From Leptogorgia sarmentosa (lineage: Eukaryota), in assembly GCA_964658305.1 (NCBI GenBank), contig OZ210885.1, forward strand, positions 22,258,001-22,322,000: a stretch of DNA of 64,000 bases, written 5' to 3'. The translations under genes and the position numbers were made by a program. The notes under the pieces are model-generated. The model was not told the origin of the DNA. It searched no databases and was given only the letters and a program-made list of their open reading frames with translations. This document shows positions 24,839 through 36,249 of the stretch, one piece after another (position 1 is the first letter of the stretch; each line of letters starts with the position of its first letter).

Positions 24839-27800
24839 TATAAAAGGAGAAGACCAGCTCCTCACCCTCGAAATGTCCCACAATACCACAAGCGAGCCAA
24901 TCCCTCTCAAAAGATCGCACTTGAGCAGGGAGCTTGCACCAACAACCAAGGAGACGAAGGACAAACTTTATTTTTGCGATGGCTTTCGCCTGGAAATCCG
25001 AGGCGATTGGCCGCTTACAACAGAAATCACAGCGAGCCACCCAGATGGTATGTTACATCATGTGGAGCATCCACACGATGATGGGGTGCTGATGCGCCGC
25101 CGTTCGGGGGAAGAAGCCGAACAAGAGTTCCATGATGGTAAATGGTGCGGCAGTAGGACCATAAATTATAAGTTCAGGTCGATCACAGGCCGGTCAAATG
25201 GACATAGATGGAGGTGACTCCAAGTTTGGGGCCAGTGTAGAGGTCCATACTGCGGCGTGAATTTGGCTATACAATGTGGCTGGCTATTTAAATTGGTTTG
25301 ACTAATTTGGTATACATTTCTACTAGATATGTTATCCACAGGTAGTGGAGAGGCAGATGAGGCAGCAATGCACAAGTCATTGCCGGTACGACCACCGTCG
25401 ATAGATTCCCACACCCGAAAGGTGATACGATAAAACTCCGGCAAGGCTCTCAAACGACGCTGGGAAAAGGAGGATAAAAGGGTCTCACGAGGCTCGTAAC
25501 CAAGTGAGGCAGAAACAAAATGGGTAAAAAAGTCATTCCATTTGCCACAATCTTCGATGAACAAACGCTTTACCCATTGAAGGGCAAAAGCGTCTGCCTT
25601 GAGTTGGAAATCGATAACTCCAAATCCACCCTAGGATTTGGGAAGGCAGACAACTTTGCAGGCAACAAGATCACGTTTACCAGACCAGAAGAACTTCCAA
25701 ACAGCCTTGTGAATCCTCTGAACCGCCCACTTTGGGACAGGGAAGACTTGACACAAATGCCAAATCTGGGACAAGGCCTGGGTGTTGATAATGGTAGCCT
25801 TGCCCTGAAAGGACAGTTTGCGCTTTTAGTACGCCTGGCTCAAAGGTCGGCTGACTATAGTCAGTGGCACTGAAGCTTGCACCAAGTATTGGGAGCTCTT
25901 TAACCCACTGGATACCATGAGGGATATCGGTACAGTGCTTCCATGAGCACAGCCACATTTGCCATGATTCAAACGAGCGCCCGAGGCTTTGTCAAACTGA
26001 GAATACACCTCAAAGATTGCCTCGATGGATTCATTCACCCAGAGCATTGAGGGAAAAAACCCCCAGTAATACCTGGGGCAGAGCAGATGTTAGCACCTAA
26101 AACCTCAATCGACAGAACATACAATTATGGAGAAAGTGGACAACCTTGCCGCACACCCAGTGAAGGGTGAAAAAAGGAGGAGGTCCAGCCATTGATGACA
26201 ACAGCCAATTCAACGTCGAAGTAAAACAGCTTTACCCATCGGCAAAAATCTGGACCAAAATTCATGGTGGCCAGAGTCTGTAAAAGAAAACCCCAGTCTA
26301 CCCGATCAAATCCTTTCTCTTCATCCAAAGAGAGCAGAGCAAGGGGAATGTCCTCACGCTCGGCATACTCAACGAGATCACAGATCAGAAAGAGATTCTC
26401 TGAGATAGTACGGCCTGGAACACCGCATGTTTGATCTGGCACCACAACAGACCCGATGACAGCTAGGAGACGACCTGAAAGGAAGTTTCCCCTCCTCCGC
26501 CCACTCACAACGAGCACAAACTTGTGCCCCTCTCGCTTCATGCAAAGCAATGCCTCGGAGCTCTTCCTGTAGCTTGCAAAGCTTAGTGAATGCAGAGGTA
26601 TGTAATGCTTCAAAAAGACGCTGCAGTCTGTGCATTTGCTTGGTCAGGAAGGATTTATGCTCGCGCCGGTCCAGCTCCTTTGACCGACTAAAAGTATGTG
26701 TCACTTCTCGAAGGTAGAATTTCCCTTGGTCCCACCAATCCAAAATGGAGGGAAAGGCCTCAGGTGTATAATGGGCCTGCCAGAAGGACCAAAATGAAGT
26801 GACAAGGGAGCAATAAGTATCGTCGTCCAGGAGGGAAGTATTAAACTTCCACACTCCAGGACCACTAACAATACGATCACCAAATTCGAACTTGACCAGC
26901 AAGTACTGATGATTGGATAAAAAGGAGGGATGATATTCACATTCCCTAATAGACTGTTCCAGACAACTCGGGGCCCAGAATAAGCCGTCTGGGTCCAGGA
27001 ATAAGCCGTCTGCATGGATGTAGTGTACGCCATACCAGATATGTCTGGGTACGAGATAGTAGAGCCTGCAAAGCCGGGCCACTTTCCTGGGCGCACGAAG
27101 AGGCAGCACCAGTGTAAGAAGCACACCGAAGCCTATCCCTATCATCGTCTAGTACAGAATTAAAATCACCACAAACAAATGTGGGCCTGGTAAGATCTAT
27201 GAGACCAGGAACTGAAGAAAAAAAAGCGTTATGAGCCGGATTCTTATTTGGGGCATATAAGGAGACGAAACTCAGCTGATTCTCCCCAAAATCAACCAAG
27301 ACTTGGACAAACCGCCCATTGTCATCTCGAATCACCTGTTTGATTTTATAACAGTCTTTAATAAGAATAGCCGTACCACAACGCGGAGACCAGACAGTGA
27401 GGCTTCATGGATCGACGCCAGTGCCTCGAAAAGATGAAGGGATGACTCAGACTGTTGGGACAAGATATCCACTGCAGGAGGATCCTGCGAAGCAGCATTA
27501 TCGTCATCAACATCAGCCTGAGGAAGCACGGGAGCATCATCCCTACGCTCCGGGGGACCGGCTGGCTCAGTAGAGGCAAGAGCGGGCGCAGAGTCATGAG
27601 CTACGATAGGATCCACGACCGTATCACCACTCAAACATTCGTCCACGTCAGCCTCCACCTCCATGGCCTCAGGAGTGGCAGTTTTTGTAGCAGGGCTCGA
27701 GAACCCCGGCCACACGCTAACGTTGGACGGACTCGCAGGAGCGGATGTGACCAGCTTCATCCTTGCTACTGGAGGAGGAACAGGAAAAAGGATCATCCCT

Positions 27801-27860
27801 GCGTGACTTGGCAAGGCGATCCCTGCGTTCAAAAACAAAAAGAAAAGAAAGGAAAAAGGC

Positions 27861-28180
27861 TTAACCTAAATCGAAAACCAAACTTTCGAAAAACACATTA
27901 ACCTAATTCGAGAACCAAAGTCTCGAAAAACAACTTAACTTAAATCGAGAACAAAAGTCTCGACAAACAACTTAAATTAAATTGAGAACCAAGTCTCGAC
28001 TACCAACTTAACCTAACTCGAGAACCGAGTCTCGAGAAACACCCTTAACTTAACCGAAAACCAAGTCTCGAAAACTAACTTAACTTAGCTCCAGAACTAA
28101 GTCTCGAGAAACACACTGAACTTAAATCGAGAACCAAGTCTCGAAAACTAACTGAACCTAACTCGAGAACCCAGTCTCGA
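27861..28180. repeat. ~36-bp tandem repeat, 9 copies, each with a TCGAGA-N6/7-TCTCGA inverted repeat
   Basis: Directly visible; lies in the 5' region of Tx1 A. Confidence 0.9.
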
Positions 28181-28568
28181 AAAGGATAAAGAGAGGAAAA
28201 GAAAGGAGGAACAAATCCCTCCAGAGAAGAAAAGAAAAGGAGCCTGCCCTAGCGTTTCCCCCTAGAGGGCCCAGCAGTCAAGCACAGTGACGCGGTGCAC
28301 CACCAAGGTCGATGCCAAGGAGGCCTGAGCCAACCAACACGAACCAAAGGAACGGACTGGACAGCACAGGGACGGACACCACAGGAAGACACTACGGCAC
28401 AGGAGCGGACAGCACAGAAAGACACCACAGCACAGGAATGGACTGGACAGCACAGGAACGGCCAAGACAGGACAGGACCACCAAACTGAACAGCACCGCG
28501 GACCACGAAAAGGATATCGTCTGCAGCGGGAACCAGGCTTCCATAAGAAGACCACCAACTGTCAAAGT

Positions 28569-28594
28569 TCTTAGCCAAAAGGCCGAGAAGCAAT
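28569..28594 (-). ncRNA. U2: U2 snRNA 5' fragment (nt 1-26)
   Basis: ATTGCTTCTCGGCCTTTTGGCTAAGA on the minus strand, followed by non-U2 (Tx1 A) sequence. Confidence 0.9.
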
Positions 28595-28860
28595 GCCTTC
28601 TTCGCCGTTCCATGCCATCTTTTAAGAGAAAGAAGCAAGGTGAAAAAATGCTGTCCTCCTTCGCGCCACCATTAGCAGCCGTGGCCGCGAAATTGCAAGC
28701 GAAACGAGCCGCAAACGTTATGGAACGCGGTGATGATGACGCATACGATTACCTTTTATATGCTGCAACCGCGAGGAATGCTTGTGGAACAAATGCATGG
28801 GGATCTCTCAGACTGCACCATGTTTGCACGTTCCGACAATTCTCGACCATATTCAACACC
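28595..28860 (-). promoter_or_regulatory. U1 promoter region (28745-28860) fused to U2 upstream region (28595-28750)
   Basis: Two-part homology to 15745-15890 and 20092-20248, overlapping in a short microhomology at about 28738-28750. Confidence 0.75.
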
Positions 28861-29133
28861 AGTTTACAAAAAAATCCATGAATGTAAATCTCATGAACAG
28901 CGATGCTGCTTTGTTGGCCAGCGAGCTACCCAAGACTATTATAACATGAATGTGTTAGGCTGCTTCTTACCATGCAAGTATAATTCGTGGTCAGTCATCT
29001 GCACTGAATACGTCATATATACATATCTCCTGCCAAATGCCGGATCGTGGCGATGATCTGTAAAGACGAGAATAATTTGTTAGAATTTTGAACTGATAGT
29101 GAGAAACTTCCCCCAATAATGAAATTGGGGGAA

Positions 29134-29283
29134 GTGGGCCGTACTCGGAGGTAGTGCAATACCAAGACAACCTGTGGCCAGGGCGAAGCAATCTTCAATC
29201 CCATGGCCGAGGTCCAAAAATCAGTTTAATATATGAGTTAGGACATTGCCTAACATACCAGATATTAAGCTGATAAGAACAGA
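29134..29283 (-). ncRNA. U2: U2 snRNA 3' part (from about nt 39 to the end)
   Basis: TCTGTTCTTATCAGCTTAATATCTG..., Sm site GATTTTTGG, SL IV GGTATTGCACTACC and 3' end GGCCCAC. Confidence 0.95.
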
Positions 29284-29965
29284 AATTTTTTATTAAGAAT
29301 ACAGAATTTTTACAGGCTATGACATATATGTGTTAGTGACTTAGAAGTTAATGACAATTAATTGTTATATACATTAAGGTGAGATATATATACTGATTGA
29401 GAAGTTCAATATGGAGAAAGTTCTTGGAAGACTACTCGTATGGTACTATTACTGTAAAAGTTTGATAGATTTGACATTTCAAAACGTTCGATAAAGTTAT
29501 TGTGGAACACCTGTAAGATGTTGCACATAAATGTTTCTGGATACGCGGATAGCATCTGCGCAACATAATTTTCTAAATAAGGATCTATATCGTAAACTAA
29601 TGTCTAGTTCATTTAGGACAGCTTTGTTCCTGTTGTACCACGTGCCAAGGGATCCCATGACGAATCCAAACACTTTGGCATCTTGGTTGTGTTGCTGGAA
29701 GAAGTCGATCAGGTACTCGTATTTGTTAATTTTCCTCTGGGAAACCATTTCCAATGATGTATCATCATTTTCAAAGGGGCACGTTATGTCAATGATGGTC
29801 ACTTTATTACCACGGCAGACAACGATATCATGACGATTACTACCCAGGGCTCCTGGGACGACTTGATCTACTGTAACATCACCAGTTTGTATTGCGTTTA
29901 CCAAGCGATGTAATATGCGGTCATGTCTATCTGTGATGGTGGTCATATTTGGTTTGCAGTGACAT
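29284..29965 (-). mobile_element. Utopia-type (NeSL/R2-group, RLE endonuclease) non-LTR element, 5'-truncated, joined to U2
   Basis: HC...RHDRI, (P/H)DIV, IDITCPFE, RKINKY, GSLGTW, LFRKLCC...SRNIYVQHLTG; 3' end AATAAAAAATT joined directly to U2 TCTGTTCTT. Confidence 0.85.
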
Positions 29966-32108
29966 ATTTAATAAATCGTTTTCCCGTAAGTTAAAGCTCT
30001 GGAAAGATCATGCTCGTCTAGTCCAGCTAGTGACACAAGTCTGGCTTAAAGCCCACACAACTAAAAAAACAAGTGCTCAGCACCTGCTAGTCCTCATAAC
30101 TAATGTAAGTCCTGTCCAGAATCGCACCTAAAATGGCGTCGCGAGTCTCATTGTTCAGTCCTCGTACACACTCTGGGTGAGTAGAAGCAAAAAATACTCT
30201 GTAAGCGGCCAAGGTGTCTGGCGGCAAGTTGTCAATTATGGCTTTCGCATCCGGCAGGGGTTCAGGAAGGTCCTTATACTTGTTCCGGGCCTCCATGTAC
30301 GTGCGCACGAGATTGTAGCGGGTGTAGAGAGTATCGGTTGGCGTAGTACCAGGGGGAAGAACCGGTGTCAGGAGAGTGGAGGAAGACAAATCCACACAAT
30401 CACTGGGCCACTGGAGGAAGTGAAGGTCTGCCAGCGTTTGCTCATCCAGTTTGGGAAGTTTTCGCCATGTGGGATGATGCAACGATAGAGTTTTCAGATA
30501 CTTTGGCCGGAACTCTGATGGATAAGCAGTACAATCACTGAAAGCGACCTCAGGAGCTTCATGGGGGACAAAACTACATACAATACTGGGAGGGAGGTGA
30601 TGCAAGAACTACCAGAGGTCCTGTGAAAAGACTATGACGTCATCCAGCGACAATGAACCAAACACACCATTGGCCAACCACAATTCGGAAAACCGATTTG
30701 GCATTCAATGATAAATCTTAATGTGGACTTTACAGCCTTAACCGCCGACTCAAAATCAGGTGACAACCGATCGAAACGGAACTCATTGCGAGTGACCCAA
30801 ATTTGGTGGTGAATTGTGCCAAGAAAGCACGGAAATACTGGTGGGAGTTTCACTGTCTTGTTGTATCCAACCAAGATCTAACTTGTACTGGGGTAAGCTG
30901 CACATGGGTTTGCTCGCTGTACCCAAGATTGATACCAAGCCAGCAATTTCATGGCTAGCTGACACTGGGAAAAAATATGCAATATTGACTCCCATCTGCC
31001 TCAGACGATCAGCTGTTGGAACTATACCATGGGCCACCAACCAGCTAGTGTGTCGAACTGGGCAGGCAAACCGCCAAAGTTGTAGATTATGCCAAACACT
31101 GCTCCAATCTACATGTATACCCCACAAACTGTATATTTATTGACACAACGGTGTTCAGTTTGTTCGATATGAGACAGGTATCTATATGCCACCCGGGTTG
31201 TCAGTTCATTCAATAAACATGAGGAATTTCCAGGGCCATCAACAAGGATGTGACCCTTGTCTAACCGTCGAGAAAGACGGAACCATGTGTTCATGACTGA
31301 GGGATAAAAAGGAGGCAACAAATCCATGTCAATCTGGCATGGTGCTGGTAAGAGAAGAATTTGCTCCAACTTGCAACCCGCAAAGGCAATTCTCAGGTGC
31401 CGTTGGAAAAACCAGATGCATGGATGGTCTGGAGTCTCAATGAGACGCTACACCCACATCACATGCAATGAGCCAACTTTGCGGGCAACATCCACCACAC
31501 CTAACCCACCGTGGTTAATTCTTTGGGTCACTGATGTTCGAGCCAACCATTCTCTTTTCCTTTGCCAAACAAAGGAGAACGCATGGCCATTGATTTTCAT
31601 TGCCACTGAGTGTGGTAGGCTTAAAAATGAGGTAAGATACCAAAATTTACTCAAGCCAAGGGAATTGACAATGAGGGCACGACCATACATTGACAACTTT
31701 CGCGCCTTCCATGACATAAGCACCGACTCCAATTGGGTCAACTGCCTATCCCAAGATTCATCAGCCCCATCGTTGCACAACTGAGATCCCATTAATTGGA
31801 TTGGGCCCATTAATGCACCGTCACACAGTTCATGTTCCTCAACCGCTAGCTGCCTCTGAAGCATGCTCAAGAAAAAGTCTTGCTCGCTCATGACCAGCTC
31901 CTGAGCAGTAAACAAGACTCCATAAAAACAAACCCAAGCTCTGGCAATCTGGATAGAAGTGGTAACCACCTGTCCTGCAAGTGTTCTAATTGCCGAAAAC
32001 AACCTTTGTTCGCCCTGTCTTTTCTCTAAGTTGAAAAAGTACTCCGTGGAAGCTTCGCCCTCTTTAGCCCACTGCACATTTGAGCGAAGTCAAGTTCCAC
32101 AAGCATGT
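29966..32108 (-). mobile_element. Tx1-clade element C, 3' part (duplicated, RT-deleted segment plus C-terminus and 3' region)
   Basis: QWAKEGEASTEYFFNLEK, GRALIVNSLGLSKFWY, GGLGVVDV, WLVAHGIVPTADRL, FSELWLANG; ends gatttattaaa next to the Utopia element. Confidence 0.8.
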
Positions 32109-32109
32109 C

Positions 32110-35100
32110 TGTGGCGGCTTGAAGTAGAAAATGGGTCTAGATACAGGTATTCGGATCCTGGAGAAATGTTTGAATAGCTGTTCCTTTGTTAAGGAGAGGA
32201 TTTTGGGTGACACAAGTGATTACAAGTGTAATTATACTGCTATAACAATAGTATATTTGATTGGATGAACGAAGTGTTGGTGAATTCATGTTGAATAGGA
32301 TGATTGAGATCACTTTTTTGTCTTTGCCAGTTGTGAAGATGAGTAAATTGTGTTGGAGATGGTGAGTGAGTTTTTGTGAATGCGTTTGAGTGAAGTGGAA
32401 TGGCGTGGATAACATATTAAGGTGAGAAATGGATAACTTACGAAGGCAGTCAATGACTGTACTCTGTGTACAAAAAATTTTTTTGACGAAGAGAATTATA
32501 AAAACCGGGGACGTTGCCATGGAGACGTATCCAAGTTCGTAAACGTTGCCATGGGAGACGTGCCGGGGAATGGGTTCTAGGAGCCTGGGGTTGAATTCCA
32601 TGCCAGAATTGGTTGGGGTCAGGTAAAGGGTTGGGTTGGGTTTAGGTCAAAGGTGTACATAAGGATTAGGGATTGAAGTGGCTAGGGTCAGGTTAAGGAT
32701 TGGGTGGGTTTAGGTCAAGGGTGTATTTAAGGAGTAGGGTTTGAAGTGGTTAGGGTCAGGTTAAGGATTGGGTGGGGTTTAGGTAAAGGGTGTACATAAG
32801 GATTAGGGATTGAAGTGGTTAGGGTCAGGTTAAGGATTGGGTGGGGTTTAGGTCAAGGGTGTCCTTAAGGATTAGGGATTGAAGTGGTTAGGGTCAGGTT
32901 AAGGATTGAGTGGGGTTTAGGTCAAGGGTGTACATAAGGATTAGGGATTGAAGTGGTTAGGGTCAGGTTAAGGATTGGGTGGGGTTTAGGTAAAGGGTGT
33001 ACATAAGGATTAGGGTTTGAAGTGGTTAAGGTCAGGTTAAGGATTGGGTGGGGTTTAGGTCAAGGATGTACATGAGTATTAGGGTTTGAAGTGGTTAGGG
33101 TCAGGTTAAGGATTGGGTTGGGTTTAGGTCAAAGGTGTACATAAGGATTAGGGTTTGAAGTGGTTAGGGTCAGGTTGAGGGTTGGGTTTAGGTCAAGGGT
33201 GTATTTAAGGATTAGGGTTTGATTGGTTAGGGTCAGGTTAAGGATTGGGTTGGGTTTAGGTCAAATGTGTACATAAGGATTAGGGTTTGAAGTGGTTAGG
33301 GTCAGGTTAAGGATTGGGTTGGTTTAGGTCAAAGGTGTACATAAGGATTAGGGTTTGAAGTGGTTAGGGTCAGGTCGAGGGTTGGGTTGGGTTTAGGTCA
33401 AAGGTGTACATAAGGAGTTGGGTTTGAGGTGGTTAGGGTCAGGTTAAGGGTTGGGTTGGGGTTAGACTTTGTTTTCGGTGGTTGGGACTAGTTGTATTTT
33501 GTAATGACTGGTGCTTCCTGTTGGGATAAGATGTAGAAGGAAAAGGGAAGAGGGAAGGTGGAGTTGGGAAAGTGGGAGCAGACATGATGTTGGTCTAAGG
33601 ATCATGTGAAAAATTTGGATTGGGTTTGGCTCCAAGGTTTGTCCCGTATTTATGAATGGGTCGGTTGGAGTCAGGATTAGGATATGGGTAGGGTGTGATT
33701 GGATTTGGATATCCAATCGATTGCCGTTGATGGTTAGGTTCCGTTTTGTCGTGCGGTGTTTCCACTTGGAACGTCTCTATGTTGGGAAAAGAGGAAAGAG
33801 GGTTAGGTAAGTGGAAGCTGATGTGATGATGGAGGATGGCGATTGATTAACGTATATAACCTGGTGGATAAGGATGGTGTGTTGGAATTCTAATTAATAC
33901 GATGTGGCGATGAAGATTATTGAATTGGTATGAACATGGTCGTGTGTGATGATGAATCGATCGATTTTTGTATCTGCGTGACGTAGTGACACAGATATAT
34001 TGCTATCGTGTTGTTAGCTGTTAGCTGTTAGCTGTTAACTGTTAGCTTGCAGCCAATCAGCGAATTCGTTAGTTAAATTCAGCCAATAGACAACAACGTA
34101 ACATTGAGATGACGTAATTCTCACTGAGCCAACCCGCAAATTTAAGGGAACCAACGTGGAGTTCTTGCGGGCTAAATATTACAAAATGGCGGCTGATATA
34201 GGCGCAAGCTAAAGAGTGGTGATGTGTTTGTCTGTTTGATCGTGGATTTTGTTTCGCATGAATATCCAGATAAAAAGAAATATAATGTTCGCAGCGACGA
34301 GTGCCTTCACTGAAATAGAGGTTAATTTATGAGCGTTTGCGCCACTTAGAACACTATTTATACTAAGGCAATTTATACGCAAAAATATCATGACGCAAAT
34401 TGCAGACATTGGCATTGCTTTTAAAGATATTAATTAAAGAGGTTCGCGTTCGCTATGCAATTTAGATCATCAAAGCAAAAATATCATGACGCAATTTATA
34501 CAATTGAACACAGCAAATATTTAAGGTTATGAAAGAGTTTAATGACTTGACACAATTGCGCGTATATTTTCCCTACGATACTTTAGCGTGTCGGAACTGT
34601 CGCACTGACACACTGTACATGTTTGGACTGCCCGCAATGTCATTGTGATCACGGAATATCTACTATATTTTGACGCTTCGCCATACGGAATGGTTGAAAC
34701 ACTCAATCCCAGGAAAATAGATTTCGTAGCTTGTAATAACACGGGTTTGTGCATTTATTAAGCGCGAGACAAAACAAACGAAATCATATATAGTTTCAAG
34801 TATTCTGTTTTGAACCTACGCGTACTGCGCATGAATGGACGGAATATATTGTATATAAATATATTATTATGATACGGTATTGAAAAGGGTAAATTTGGTC
34901 TTTAGAGAGCCACATTTTTCACAAACAATCGCAAAGCGCTGTGTCTATTTTAAAGACGCAATAACATAAAATGCGATATCATATGTCGACATAATGTCGT
35001 CAAGTTCAATTCCTTATGCAATTTGATATATGATCGCAGGAATTCCGGAATGCGAGATAGTCATGAAAGCTTATATCAAGTATTGAATACGTCTCCGCAC

Positions 35101-36249
35101 AACCTGTCAACCTCACGTCTTGAAAGGAATTAGTATTTGCGCTATTCGCCTATTCCCTAGCATTAAACCATTTTATACATGCAAGATCGCGTATTAGGGA
35201 CAGATAAGATGCGTGTATCGAAAACTTGAAAACAAATAAGACTTGATCATCAAGCTACATAGGCGCAGATACATGTACACTTTGTGTACCTATTTTTGTG
35301 GTGTGTGGATGAATGTGTGGTTGTTGGATGGAAGTGATTTTGAGTGATGTTCAACAAAGGGTGAGAATCATTTGTTGTTTTATTATATTGATCTAGTAGT
35401 TGTTTGTTTAGTCTATTATGTTTTTTTGTTACATTGGGTCGATATAGACCTGGGAGTATTAACCTGGTGACTAATTACTGATTTTACTGATCGCTGGGCT
35501 CATGCCACGACTGAGCATAAACAAAGGAGGTGACTGGTAGTCAGGTGAAACCCGACAGGCCATATACAGTGTGAGGGCCTGTGGAATATAAGTTCCATTA
35601 TGTATGCATTAATGAGTTTATAACTTTGTCCATGTTGATGTTGCAAGGATGGTTTTGGCCATGGAGTTGTTAATAGGAGGTCTGAGGGTCTTTATCAAAT
35701 CCAAGATATTGTTTAATGAATGTGTCTTCAGCCTTGAAGTTGTTTGTGTGTAGGTGTTCCTGCCGCCCGATATCTGGGTTCCATAGTATGTTTTGGTAAG
35801 TATCTGTCATAAGCTGGAGTTGTGACGGCTTCTGGGTATTTTGAATCTTTGTTCGGTGTCTGCACACTGGTGGTGTTCGGTGTTGGTGGCTTGTGGTGGT
35901 GTGGTATGAGGTCATATCTTTTGCTGTGGTATGTGGTGTGTGAGTGGGTGTGTTAGGTGAATTCGGTGCGGACAAAGTGTTCTTTGAGGTTCTTGTGTCT
36001 TTGATAAGCCATAACCGGTTGGTTTGGCCATATCTGTGATAAGACAGGATCATTTTCAATGTATTGCCAGTGTGGTTTGAGGATGTGAGGCAATGGTGAT
36101 AATTCTGGATGATATGGTATGACAAATGGCATGGTGCGTGCATGGTCTGTGGATGAGCTGCTGGAAAGTAATTGTAATTGTGTGTATGTGGATGCCCTGT
36201 CAATGTGAGGTAGGATATCTTTGTTTTTGTAACCTCTTCCAATGAAGTT
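32110..36249 (-). mobile_element. Penelope-like element (3' part preceding a decayed 5' part)
   Basis: RGYK...MPFVIPYHP...ILKPHWQYIENDPVL...PVMAYQRHKNLKEHFVR (35953-36245) is a PLE RT C-terminal signature; 32130-33950 is a weaker PLE N-terminus-like region. Confidence 0.6.
32615..33462. repeat. 69-bp G-rich minisatellite (~12 copies) containing TTAGGG
   Basis: Unit gggtcaggttaaggattgggtggggtttaggtcaagggtgtacataaggattagggtttgaagtggtta; period 69. Confidence 0.95.

Larger units (their letters stand above)
20967..28568 (-). mobile_element. Tx1-clade non-LTR retrotransposon A (APE endonuclease plus RT), split by a CR1-type LINE
   Basis: SLYAPNK...CGDFNSV, GPGVWKFNTSLL, WWDQGK, WAEEG, PDQTCGVPGR, SLDEEKGFDRVDW and GVRQGCPLSP motifs; C-terminal FERDWLACG...LVFSF; 3' UTR 20967-21319 rejoined across the CR1 TSD TATAA. 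Confidence 0.88.

Noticed and set aside
27861..28180. CRISPR-like palindromic repeat array
   Set aside because: Linkers are short and homologous to each other, there are no cas genes, and the context is eukaryotic.
32615..33462. Recurring in-frame TGA per 69-bp unit as possible selenocysteine codons
   Set aside because: It alternates with TTA rather than Cys codons, indels break the frame, and no SECIS was identified.
33970..35273. Possible TIR pair tgtatctgcg / cgcagataca
   Set aside because: Only 10 bp with no clear TSD or coding content; the boundaries are not supportable.
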